Shown: piece after piece, positions 11,711 through 23,229 of the stretch
Layout of the letters: each line of letters opens with the position of its first letter
Position numbering within the stretch: position 1 is the first letter of the stretch
Origin: Octopus bimaculoides
Lineage: Eukaryota
Assembly (NCBI RefSeq): GCF_001194135.2
Contig: NC_068987.1
Span: 38,467,795 to 38,513,069 of the forward strand
Direction: 5' to 3'
Length of the DNA: 45,275 nucleotides
Program-made: the position numbers and the translations under genes
Notes under the pieces: model-generated
Databases searched by the model: none
Told to the model about the DNA's origin: nothing
The model's input: only the letters and a program-made list of their open reading frames with translations

Positions 11711-12112
11711 GGCACAAGTGTGACTGTGTGGTAAGAAGTCTGCTTCCCAACCATATGGCTCTGGATTCAGTCCTACTACATTGCATCTTGGGCTTGTGTC
11801 TTCCACTATTGCCTTGGGCCGACTAAAGCCTTGTGCGTGGATTTTATAAACAAAAACTGGAAGATGCCCATTTGTGTGTGTGTGTGTCTTTGTGTCAGTA
11901 TTTGTTCCCCCCCCCACACACACACACTTGACAACCAGTGTTGGTGTGTTTACATCCTCATAACATAGTGGTTCACCAAAAGAGACTGACAGAATAAGTA
12001 CCAGGTATGATAATAAATAAGTACTGGGGTCAATTTGTTCTACTAAAATTTTTCAAGCTGATGCCCCAGCAGGATGTCAGTTTAATGATTGAAACCAGTA
12101 AAAGATAAAAAA

Positions 12113-12114
<2 letters not shown>
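11711..12114 (+). mobile_element. Full-length octopus-type SINE
   Basis: Homologous to the reverse complement of 2161-2561. Confidence 0.8.
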
Positions 12115-12207
<93 letters not shown>

Positions 12208-12290
12208 CATGCACACATACATACATACAAATATGTATATATGTATAAATACATACAAACACACACACGTGTGTATGTGTTTGTTTAGAC

Positions 12291-12620
12291 CAGAGGTTCT
12301 CAAACATTTTGGGCCACCGCCCCCACCTCCTGGACACATAATACCCTCAGCGCCCCCACCCCTATTTTTATGTATAAATAAATATTTTATATTTTACTAA
12401 TCTATATATACTATGAACCATTTGATATTTAATATAATATATAATTTGTATACAATACTATAGTAATATTATAATAAATTCAGTGTCTCCCAATTCACTG
12501 CCTTCCTCCTAACGCCTCCTTTTTCTCTACCGCCCCTCCCCCCTCCCCTAGGTGCCAGCACCCACCTAGACTGTTTCAACGCCCACTGGAGGTGGGGAGC
12601 GTCCATTTTGAGAACCTATG
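12291..12620. mobile_element. Non-autonomous hAT (Charlie-like) MITE, 330 bp
   Basis: TIRs CAGAGGTTCTCAAA / TTTGAGAACCTATG. Perfect 8-bp TSD GTTTAGAC at 12283-12290 and 12621-12628. Confidence 0.9.
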
Positions 12621-13615
12621 GTTTAGACTTATGTATTTTATGTATGTGAGAAGCATATTTTTTATTCAAAATAACAGGATTTGGCTGATAAGAATTTAGC
12701 TTCTACTTATTTCTTATTGGTTCACTTTTAAAAGTGGTTGACAGCTGACATAAGGATTAATGACTTTGTCAAACTGCCATTATGGTTCAATAGATTCAAA
12801 AATTTTGTATTAGTAAAAGCTATCTGGCTGGATCACTGTTGTGATACATATTAACAAAGTTAGTCATGATCGGTGTGGAGGAAAGTTGAAATATAATTTA
12901 ACAAATATAAATTGTCTGTTTGGAACATTAATATCTTTAGAATACCATGCAGAGTAGCAGCAATGGTAAAGTGTTGAACTGAATATCTTACAATATTCAG
13001 TTATAGTATTTAGTCATACATCTTTGGTTTCTGAATCCAAATCTTATAGCTGACCTTGTCTTGTATCCAACCCAGTTTTATAAAATAAATACCAATCTAA
13101 TATCGATGTTGAATTGGCTACACTACCCCTTAATCAATCATAATGTAGTGTTCTTATCCATTAAATTGTACTGTTGAGATGCTAAGGGGCCAAATGAAAT
13201 TATCAGTAATTCATTTCACATCCTGTCTCCCTTACTGCATTGTCTGTAGTGAAAACACTTAAACCTAACTCAGCCTAACAACCTCGCCACATCACCAGAG
13301 ACTGCAGTCAAAGTATAGTGGTGAAATTAACTAGGCTGTCAATGATATATTCAAAACTAGCTCTGGAGAAAGCATCCAAGCTAACTAGGTAAAATGAAAT
13401 TTACATCTAGTGGTGCTCTTAAGATTTCATCGGTTATAGAACTCATTTCTAAGACAAAACAACAATTTTGGTAGAAGAAATAAATAACATTCCTGATCTT
13501 GAAATTGCATTATGAAAATAAAATCATGAAATATAAAGATATCCTTACAAAAGAAATGTTTATGATATATATATATAATGTATACTTAAATATATTTTAC
13601 ATTTTTTTTTTCAAG

Positions 13616-13791
13616 TGGCCAGCAAGGACCATTCAGATGTTGACTGCTTTGGAGTAGCCATTCTTTCACATGGTAGAGAAGGAGCTGTTTATGCCACAGA
13701 TGGGTCTGTACCACTTAATATTCTGGTACTCCCTTTCAAAGGAGATAGAGCTCCCAGTTTGGTTGGGAAACCAAAGTTATTTTTTATTCAA
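13616..13791 (+). CDS. casp3/7-like: Effector caspase (caspase-3/7-like) internal exon with catalytic His
   Basis: Polypyrimidine tract plus AG at 13614-15 and donor GTAAGT at 13792. Encodes (V)ASKDHSDVDCFGVAILSHGREGAVYATDG...PSLVGKPKLFFIQ. 176 nt, phase 1 to phase 0. Confidence 0.95.
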
Positions 13792-13825
13792 GTAAGTATT
13801 ACATCTACATAGCTTATATTTTTAC

Positions 13826-13898
13826 TGTTATTAGAAATAGGAGCTGTTTGTTATTAGAAATAGGTGCTGTTTGTTATCAGAAATAGGAGCTGTTTGTT
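13826..13898. repeat. 23-bp minisatellite x3
   Basis: TGTTATTAGAAATAGGAGCTGTT repeated three times with single mismatches. Confidence 0.9.
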
Positions 13899-14634
13899 CA
13901 TTCTGCTTAAAATTGCAATTAAATCTCCTTCAAATCAGTGCTACTATATTCAAAATAGCAGGACTCATTTCATGTAGTTTTTGATCCATTATCACCATTT
14001 ACCCTCTATTTTCCATGCTTGTTGGAATAATGTCTGAATAAAGGACAGATGGTCACCGCTGAAATGTATTTGGTCTGCTTGATTGGGCCTTACCTACGGC
14101 TAACCAATAATAACTCTATTAAAATCAACATGGACACAGACATGATCATAACCATGTTTCTGAGTTCAATCCCACTGCACATCATTAGCAGTCTTAAGTT
14201 GATCAGTATCTTATGAACAAAATTTGGCAGATGAAAACTGTGTTGAAGTTTGTCATGCAACTGGATATTAAAACTAATGGTGATGATGATGATGGCAGCA
14301 GTAGTGGCTGTGCATGAATGCCTGAGAGAGTGTGTGTTCTACCAGTATACATCAGTAAAATACATAAATATTGGCTAGAAAACCTAAAGCTGTTACTTTT
14401 GCACAAAGCTTATTGTGAAATTTGTTCTATACCAAATTACAAACATTCCCTTACCACTCTCACTATCAAAAATACAGTGACGCAATGATTGAACAGTTGA
14501 AAACTCTAATGATGCTGTTGTTCTAATATTATAATAACAGTCTACATACATATTGAGGCCTTGTAGTATAAGATAGTATATATACTATATACCAGGGGCG
14601 TGCACTCTCAGGCATGCAATGAGAATTTTTATTA

Positions 14635-14740
14635 ATCACTACAATTGTTTTGACCCATCTAGCATAGATCCTTCATGGGTGGGATACTTAACAACTGGTT
14701 CAGGAGCACCTGGCGGTGTAGATGTGTCTCTTCAGGTGAT
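14635..14740 (-). ncRNA. Type I hammerhead-like motif with 77-nt stem II
   Basis: AUCAC-CUGAAGA-GAC.A.CAUCUA...UAGAUG.G.GUC-AAAA-CAAUUG-UA-GUGAU. 5-bp stem I, intact CUGANGA, palindromic stem III, GUA triplet. The only core change is G12>A. Confidence 0.65.
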
Positions 14741-15009
14741 AGATATAACTCATTAAAATAACAATTCTGCAAGGTATCTTCTCAGGTCGTGTAAAGAAAA
14801 GCAACAAATTAAAGGATATAGCTTCATTAATATAGAGGATCAATGATAAAAAATAAGATGCCAAAAAAAAAAAATGGACACACATTATAGCAATAAAAGT
14901 ATTAAATATAACTGTTAATGGATATGGATGTATACAATCCTTGGCATATGTTGTATGGTGCATATACACTCACTCATACAAACTACAAACACCCACATTT
15001 CTCTGTATA

Positions 15010-15874
15010 AACACATATCAAAAGGTTCCCAGACTAGTTATGTTTAATAAAAAATAACTTATTTACTTAAGTTTTAACATCAACTCCTTCGAAATAATCG
15101 CCTTGCACAGCAATACACTGGCCCCAACATTCCTGCCACTTTTGGAATCCAGTCTGGAACTCGTTTTCTGTAAGCAAGTCAAGGACCTTCCACGATTCAC
15201 ACTGGGTTTTAACAATGGTGACCTTTGAGCTGCATTTTCATCTTGGGAAAGAAATTGAAGTGTGCAGGTACTAAATCTGGCGAATAGGGTAGGTGTGGAA
15301 GTGATACCATGTTTTTGGTGAGAAACTCATGAGTGAGGAGAGCTTGGTGACAGGGTGCATTGTCATCATGAAGAATCCAGTTCTTCACACTCCACAGAAT
15401 GTCATTCCTCAAATGCTTCAAAATATCACAGAACTCTTGATTGACAGTTTGGTCCTGGGGGGCAATTTCACATTTCTGGTGGTGGGGTTTGATGCTTATG
15501 GCAGGTCTTCCAGCTCACTCATCATCTTCCAGCAACATTCTTCTGCTTTTAAAGCACCCATACTAATCGAAACATTGCCTACAACCCATTGCCTTATCAC
15601 CATATGTTTGCCAAAGCATGCTCAATGTCTATGTAGCAGACTTCCCAAATTAAATGCAAAATTTCGTGTTGGCTCTTTGTTCCTATCCATGACAGACTAC
15701 AGCATACACATGATCACAAAGACACAAATTTCACAACATGTGAAGTTAACACAGCAATGTCACTTACCACACTGCCTCATGAAGGTCACTGCTAGCTTTC
15801 ACTGTGCACATAAGTGTGCTGCCATCTGTTGGTGCATTACAGAATTAATCCGGGAACGTTTTGACATCACTTCA
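15010..15874 (-). mobile_element. Internally deleted mariner element
   Basis: HDDNAPCH...PHLPYSPDLVPAHFNFFPKMK (mariner DD34D region). Diverged TIRs TCAAAAGGTTCCCAGA / TCCGGGAACGTTTTGA, with TA after the right end. Confidence 0.85.
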
Positions 15875-16039
15875 TATTGTTACATCCTTGCCAAGGACAA
15901 CTTAATATTATCCCCAACCTCAGCTTTGTGTAGCTTTAAGAAATATTGAATCCCTCTTGTCTTTATTGACTAATTTCTCATTAGCACAGATCAAACAGAT
16001 GTTGGTATTTATTTGCACTTTCTATTTTATTGTTTCTAG

Positions 16040-16196
16040 GCATGTCGAGGAACCAAAATGGATGATGGTGTAGAAGTAGTTGATGGTTCTTCTTTCACTG
16101 AGGATGATAGTGTAGATGCTGTAGCTTCAGCTGATGTCATTATGAGAACAGTTCCAACTGAAGCTGATTTCCTATTTGCATATTCAACCACCCCAG
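16040..16196 (+). CDS. casp3/7-like: Effector caspase exon with catalytic Cys, linker and small-subunit start
   Basis: Acceptor TTTCTAG at 16033-39 and donor GTAA at 16197. Encodes ACRGTKMDDGVEVVDG...RTVPTEADFLFAYSTTP(G) and joins the previous exon to give FIQACRG. 157 nt, phase 0 to phase 1. Confidence 0.95.
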
Positions 16197-17001
16197 GTAA
16201 ATTACTGTCTCTTTGTTGACTTTACATAATCATAAATAAACTCCATTCATCTGAGACTGAAAGATAAAGTAGAAAGATCCATTACTTAACACCTAAGTTC
16301 CAGGTTTTCCTGGCACCTAAAATTGTAAATAATGTTTAATATATACTTTGTTTGATTGGATTCAAAGACAATTTATTTTAGGAGAATAAATCAGCAATTG
16401 AGTTATACATATCTTTGTTTATATAAGAATTTTTTTTTTTAAATCAGACAATGAATGTTCATTTCACATTTGAAATCACTAATCAATCTAGCAATCAAAT
16501 ATAATCTTTTAAAATTCAAGCCATTAGTTGCTGCTATTGTTGTTGTTTAACCCTAAGCCATCCATGATCAAACAGATCTTCATGCCACAATCTTCTCTAA
16601 TGTCATAAATTGCTATAAACAATGTGCCTCCCAGCAAAAAACATTTCAGTGAAATTTATAGTTGCTAATCTGGCATTGCATTAAGTCTTCTATCCAATTT
16701 TTTTTCTTCATTCTTTCTATTTGACATCCATGTTTTCATAGCAAGTATAAATTATAGTTCAAATTCTCCTTGAATTGGTTCAGCCTTAAATTTTCTCTGG
16801 GTTAATAGAGTAAGTGCTAGTAAAATGTCAAGAGCACTTTGACAATTAATCTCTGATAAATAAATAGTTGCTCCTACAACTTCATGGTGTGTGGGACATC
16901 ACTGAAGACTTGGTCTTCAACTAAAACAACAACTAGCAATATATCCTTCTGAAACACTTGTTATTTTTATAAAGCTGCCATTAGTTAACAGTGATGAAGT
17001 A

Positions 17002-19324
17002 TCTATATATATAAAAATGAGAATGTATGTCTGTCTGTGTGAATCCCTAAAACTCGAGAACTACACAACCAATTTCATTCAAATTTTACACATGCCTTAC
17101 TTAGGGTCCCGGTTGTGTTTTTGTCAAAAAAACTTTTTAACTTCTTGCATAGTTCGAGCCCACAGCAACATAATAGCTCCTCCACTATTTAAGTATTACG
17201 TGTCAAAAGTGAAACAAAAACACTCATGTCAAATACTTTCACTTTAAAAATGAAACTATTCCACTAACTGAAACAATCACATTTCGATACTGTAATGACA
17301 GTTACTTTCACTTTAATGGTGTATATATATGTATATATATATATAGAGAGAGAGAGAGAGATGTATATGTACACGTATATGTATAGATATATATATATAT
17401 AGATATAGATCTATATGCATACATGTATATGTATACATATGTGTAGATGTATATAGATATAGATGTACATGTAATATGTACACATATATACATATATATA
17501 CACCATTAAAGTGAAAGTAACTGTCATTACAGTATCGAAATGTGATTGTTTCAGTTAGTGGAATNNNNNNNNNNTATATATACATATATATACATGCATA
17601 CAGATATCTATACATATATACACCCATCACACACATTAGTCATTTGTTTTCTTATCCAAAACTACGTCAAAAGTACTGAATGGATCTTTATGAAATTTGG
17701 AAATTATATTCTATGCATAACGGCCATAACCCCCATGAAAATTCATATATTTTTGATGTTGATGAAATTTTAACCATACATATTACACACAAATAAAGTA
17801 ATGTTTCTAAAATTTCTTCTTCTTAGAAGTTACAAAGACCCCTTCATGGGGACTTCACACCCACAATTTAGTCATTTTTCCTAAGCAAAGACGAATACAG
17901 TTGTACTATTGGAAGCTGTAGGGTCACCCGACCATAACAGATGAGCATTATTTGTAATTCAACGGTACAACAGTGTAAGACTATCCATTGTGATTTCTGC
18001 AATGTGGTGCATATATTGTCAAGTAAATGAGATGCATCTTTGCCTCCACTGATTCACTTGCAAAGTGTTGAGTAAAATTATTTCGTTGCAGACCTCTTTG
18101 AGTCTTTTTGTTATCACTGCGACACATAGTCCCCAGTTGATAACATTGATTTCAAGGCCTTCCCAGATGAGTGACTGGTTGTTCTAAGACATTTATCGAT
18201 TATAAATTTTTTCTGCACAGTTACCTATCGGTATAGTGATCATTTGCAAACTCCAGAGGTGACACTTTCATTTCCCTTTACTCCAAGCGTCACACATTGT
18301 TATTTCAATTGGGTCATGCACTTCCAATTGCTATAGATCCGTAATGCATCTTACAGCTGTGCCTGTCACCTGTATGGTGAGGAATCCTACATTGGGGAGT
18401 AGTAACAACTAGGCTAGGGTAGCTGACTGATTATCATGATCATTCGTCTTTTCCTTTCCTGTAGCTTTGCTCTCTTTTTCAAACCCAGTGAACATACATA
18501 TGTTTTCTATTTCAAAGAAATTCAGACAATACATATTACACACTAGTTAATAAGATTCCCAACAATTCAACTTCTCTGGTTGACATTAATACACCCACCC
18601 CTAATAGGGGCCTTAACTCCCACATTTTTCAGGAGAAAAATCCTTTTAGGGTCCATGTAGTGTCTTAGGCCAAAAAAATTTTTAACTTCTTGCATAGTTC
18701 GAGCCCACAGTAATATCATATCTCCTCCACTATTTCAGTATTACGTGTCAAAAGTGAAACAATAGCATCACTCTACTGTAATGTCAGATACTTTCACTTT
18801 AACACTGAAACTGTTCCACTATTTCAGTATTACCTGTCAAAAGTGAAACAGTAACATGTCGCTACTGTAATTTCAAATACTTTCACTTTAATACTTTCAA
18901 TTTCATACTGAAACTATTAAAGTGAGACTATACTCTCACATATATACAAGCATACTATAAGACCCAAGTTAAAAACATTCCCAACAATTCAACTTCTCTG
19001 GTTGACATTAACACACCCATCCCCAATAGGGGCCTTCATTCCTACATTTTAGAGCTCCATGAGCTCCATTTTTCAGGAGCAAAATCCTTTTTACAGGTTC
19101 CAGAAGACTGAAATTTTGGAATATGCACATAAAGATCAATAGTATGGGATACATGTCTCATGATTAGAATTTTTTTAGGGTGTGTAAAGAGGGAAAGAAC
19201 CCTCATGTGCAATTTTCATGAAATTCGAATCATATGTATTCCAGTTCCTTACAGAAAATATAACACAAAATTCTCATTCTTCAATTGCATGTAACACGGG
19301 CAAGTATAACTATATCTCTGCTAG
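17002..19324 (+). mobile_element. Non-autonomous Helitron-like element with internal duplications
   Basis: A|TC 5' end (TCTATATATATAAAAATGAG..GTCTGTCTG) and CTAG|T 3' end preceded by a degenerate hairpin TTGCATGTAACACGGGCAA. Blocks 17130-17300 and 18670-18900 are duplicated, as are 18545-18660 and 18965-19095. Confidence 0.6.
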
Positions 19325-19852
19325 TATAACTATATGGTAAAGCAACAGAGCTAGAGAATTGTGTTAATAATGTTAGCCATAGAACTGTAACATAGTTTTA
19401 ACTATGTGAGATGAACAACTTATGACTAGTTCTTAACTAAATGGTCATTAACTTTATTGATTTGGTGATCGACAATTTTTATTCATTGTATAAACATTAA
19501 CTACTCTTATCACAATTACTTCAGGCATTTTGAGACAATGCAAATCTATTGCAGTAAATAACATGCTAACATGCTCTCAAATGGTGAACTGATACCACAT
19601 ACAGCCAGTCATTCACACTCTTACAACTTGGTGCATCAGAAAGATTTCAGGTTAAGTCCAAATTTCAGAATTACAATCAATACACTCTTACACATGAATG
19701 TCTGTAGTGAAAGAGGTTGGCTGCAGTACAAGTTCACTGGAATAGTTATGCTGTAAGTAGTAGCATCATTGTATGAATCCCCTTCATCTCAAGACAAAGA
19801 CACACACACACATATAGACACACATACACACACTCACACATATAAGTGGCTA

Positions 19853-19995
19853 TAGGTGCAAGCATGACTTTTAGGTGCTAGCATAGCTGTTTGATTAAAA
19901 GCTTGTTTCCCAACTGCGTGATTCTAGGTTCAGTCCCACTTCCTTGGGCAAGTGTCTTCTCCAATAGTCCTAGGCCAACCAAAGCCTTGTATGTG
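19853..19995 (+). mobile_element. 5' half of octopus-type SINE
   Basis: Homologous to 11711-11870. Confidence 0.7.
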
Positions 19996-20625
19996 TGTGT
20001 GTGTGTGTGCATGTTTGTTTGTGTGTATGCGCATGTATATACATGTGTGCATATCTGTGTCTGTGTTACTATCTCTTTACCTCAACACCATTTGATAGTT
20101 GTAAATGGCTGTCCTTCATTTCAAATATTTGTGTAAGCATGTCTGTTCATGGGGGAATATTACTTTACTTGGAAATAGGTGAGGGTTGGCAACAGGAATG
20201 GCAGCAGGCTGTAAAAAATCCTTCTCAATGAATTTCATCCAATCCATGCGAGTGTGAAATGGTGAACATTAAAAATGATTGGGGTGATGCTGATGATGTT
20301 TTTAAAAAAAACATTTTTTGCAGAGAACAGTTATTGTTTAGAGAAACTGAAGATATGTTTGGTTCATGCTAGATATGACACCAATTATTTTTTTTTTAAA
20401 CTGTTACTTTGTACATACAGAAATATATATATATGTATTTATAAAAATATGTCCCAACGTATCTTCACCATCGTCTCTCCCACTATCACTCTCTCAATCT
20501 TATTGCCTAATTCACTCTCCTTTCTTTTCCAACTGAGGTATCTATGTATCTACTCTATAACAAGACACCTATCTTTGTTCCTCTATACCTTTAATCTCTC
20601 AACTGGTACAAAGCCACACCCTGAT

Positions 20626-20823
20626 GGTGCTGGTGCCATGTAAGAACCACCCAGGCTACTCTGTAAGGTGGCTGGCATTAAGGACATCTAGCTGTAGAAA
20701 CCATGCCAAAACAGACAATGGAACCTAGTGCAACTCCCAGCCTTACCAGCTTCTGTCAAACCATACAACTCATGCCAGCATGGAAAACAGACATTAACTA
20801 CTGCTGTTGCTAATGATGATGAT
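20626..20823 (+). mobile_element. Diverged RTE-type tail
   Basis: GACATCTAGCTGTAGAAACCATGCCAAA...CCATGCCAGCATGGAAAACAGACATTAA...(GAT)n. Confidence 0.7.
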
Positions 20824-20900
20824 ATATGGAATGATCATATACGGTATTAAACAATGAATGAGAATGAATGAGAAAAAAATGGAATTTTATTTTTTAGATA

Positions 20901-21102
20901 TCTTTTATCTTTCACTTGTTTCACTCATCTGACTGCAGCTATGCTGAGAAAATACCTTGAAGGGTCTTAGTCAAATGAATCGACCTCAGGACTTATCATT
21001 TTTTGAAGCCTAGTACTTATTCTATTGGTCTCTTTTGGCAAACCGCTAAGTATTGGGGACATAGACACATCACCACTGGTTGTCAAGCAGTCATGGGGGA
21101 CA

Positions 21103-21157
<55 letters not shown>

Positions 21158-21258
21158 ATATATCCATTAAGTTTGTTTATGGGATATACTTGCCCAAGGT
21201 GCCATACAGTGGAACTGAACCCAGAACCATGTGGTTGAGAGGCAAGCTTCTTACTATG
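20901..21258 (-). mobile_element. Full-length octopus-type SINE
   Basis: Homologous to 2161-2561, with a long (CA)n centre. Confidence 0.8.
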
Positions 21259-23229
21259 TGAATGTTTTTTCTACTACTATTGCTGCTGAAAGTTGTAGCA
21301 GTACTTATATGTTTGTAAATATTTCTGTTGTATTTTAGTTTGATTTTGTATATACATACCTCCTGGCTCATTCAGCACATGACTTATTACCTGGAGTTGA
21401 TTATATCCTAGATACTGTATTTTAAAATAACCTGAACATTTTTATTTTGCTTGACTATTATTGATAAAACATTCGAACTTCCTTGCTTCAGTAATCTCAG
21501 AATGAATCATTGACTCATTCAAATAAATGCGATAAAAATAGTTGAACCTAATATTTTCATGGTTGGATGTGTGAAATGACAGTAGTATTGATGGCTTACA
21601 TTAGTGTGTTATACATTTCTGGATTTTAGAATTCTAAATTTGGAAAATAAGGATCTCTGTGAATTAATTTGATTGGCATTTTTCTATATCAAAACTTTGT
21701 TCTTATTCTGGTTGATGAAATAATTCTTTTTTTTAACCATTCACAATGTAACTACCATTAAAGGAAGGGCTTATACATGTACATAACATGTAAAATAAAT
21801 TAACATTACTAGAATTACACATATAAAAAGCACTATTGTGACTAATAGAAATCAAGTACAAATATTGCACCCTGACCTACAACAATAATTTCATATATAG
21901 GTGCATTTTGGTGGCCCTCACCTGAAATTCATTTATACTGACCCCTATACCTATTCTAGCTAACCCCAATGATTGAATGATAAAGTCCTTTTTATCAGGA
22001 TTAGAATACAAAAGTAACCTTTGCAACAATATACTGATTCTGTTAAAGACATCTGTGGATCAAGTGGTGGTGGTGGCAGCAAATTAGGTATTGCATTAAG
22101 TCTTCTATCCATTTTTTTTTTCTTCATTCTGTCTATTTGACATCCATGTTTTCATAGCAAGTATAAAATTGGGTTGAAGAGTATACACCATATAAATAAT
22201 TAGAAGAGTATCTGTCATATAAATAATTAGAAGAGTTTGTGCTATAACTAAGAATAAATGTTGATGAGAAATTAATGATAGGAGACCAAATAAAGTTGTC
22301 AATAATAATTGAGAATAATTGTTATGTTACTAAATGTAATGTAAAAGGAAATGTTGCATATAAGACTAATGCTTAGGGATGAATAACAAAGAGATAATGT
22401 TATATTCTCAATGTATTCATTCTCATTAGTTGACTATCAGAAAACTTGAAATGACTAGGAGAAAAAGTTCAATATAAATGAACATAAAAATGAAGGTATG
22501 AGAAATATATACAAATATTATCTTTATTGTTTATTATAGTATATGAGAGAAGAAGGATTATATAAGAAGTGTACATATGCAAAATATGTTGTGTTTGTTG
22601 TCTCCCATTGCGAGGATGTAAGAGAGAAATGGAATACCAGATGTGAATGTGGAAAAGTGAAGTGAAAGAAAAGTTTTTCAATGGCCTGTCATGAGACAGT
22701 ACCTTTGATTGCATTTAAACATTTCTGGTGAAAAGATTGAATTGAAGCTAATTTCTTAAAAGAAAAAATAGAAAACAATAAAAACAGAATGCTTCAGAAT
22801 TTCCTGCCTACATTTTAGCACAAAATAGCAAGGCTTTGAAAGCAGCTGGCAACTTATCATACCCACCACAAATATAATTGTTTGAAATTAATGTCAGAAG
22901 ATGTATTTACTATGGCCAAAACAATGTCCTAATCTAGGCAGAAATATCAGTGTTTTGACTTTAAGCAATGATCTGCTACAATAACCTATAAGTAAGTATG
23001 ACTGTTTTATCAATATTGTATAATATAACAGACATAACTTGTTATAAGCTAACATCTGAGGTAGACTATTATGCAAACCAATTTACATTATATACACATT
23101 GGGTTAAGATATGAAATATTAAAAGTTACTCTGGAAAATTCTAAAATGTTTTATCAAATACAAAATTATATAAAGCTGAAACATTTTGATTTAGAAAAAC
23201 GGAAATGGGCAGTATGATGACATTCTCAA

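Noticed and set aside
13620-13622. Alternative CAG acceptor 7 nt downstream of the AAG acceptor
   Set aside because: It would change intron phase. The phase-1 boundary before V-A/S-K-x-D-H matches vertebrate caspase-3/7 as I recall it. It cannot be excluded without the upstream exon.
15329-15949. 206-aa + strand ORF
   Set aside because: Antisense shadow of the mariner transposase remnant.
17258-17564. Exact 64-bp inverted repeat around a TA-rich tract
   Set aside because: 100% identical and ends precisely at a 10-N gap, so most likely a scaffolding artefact.
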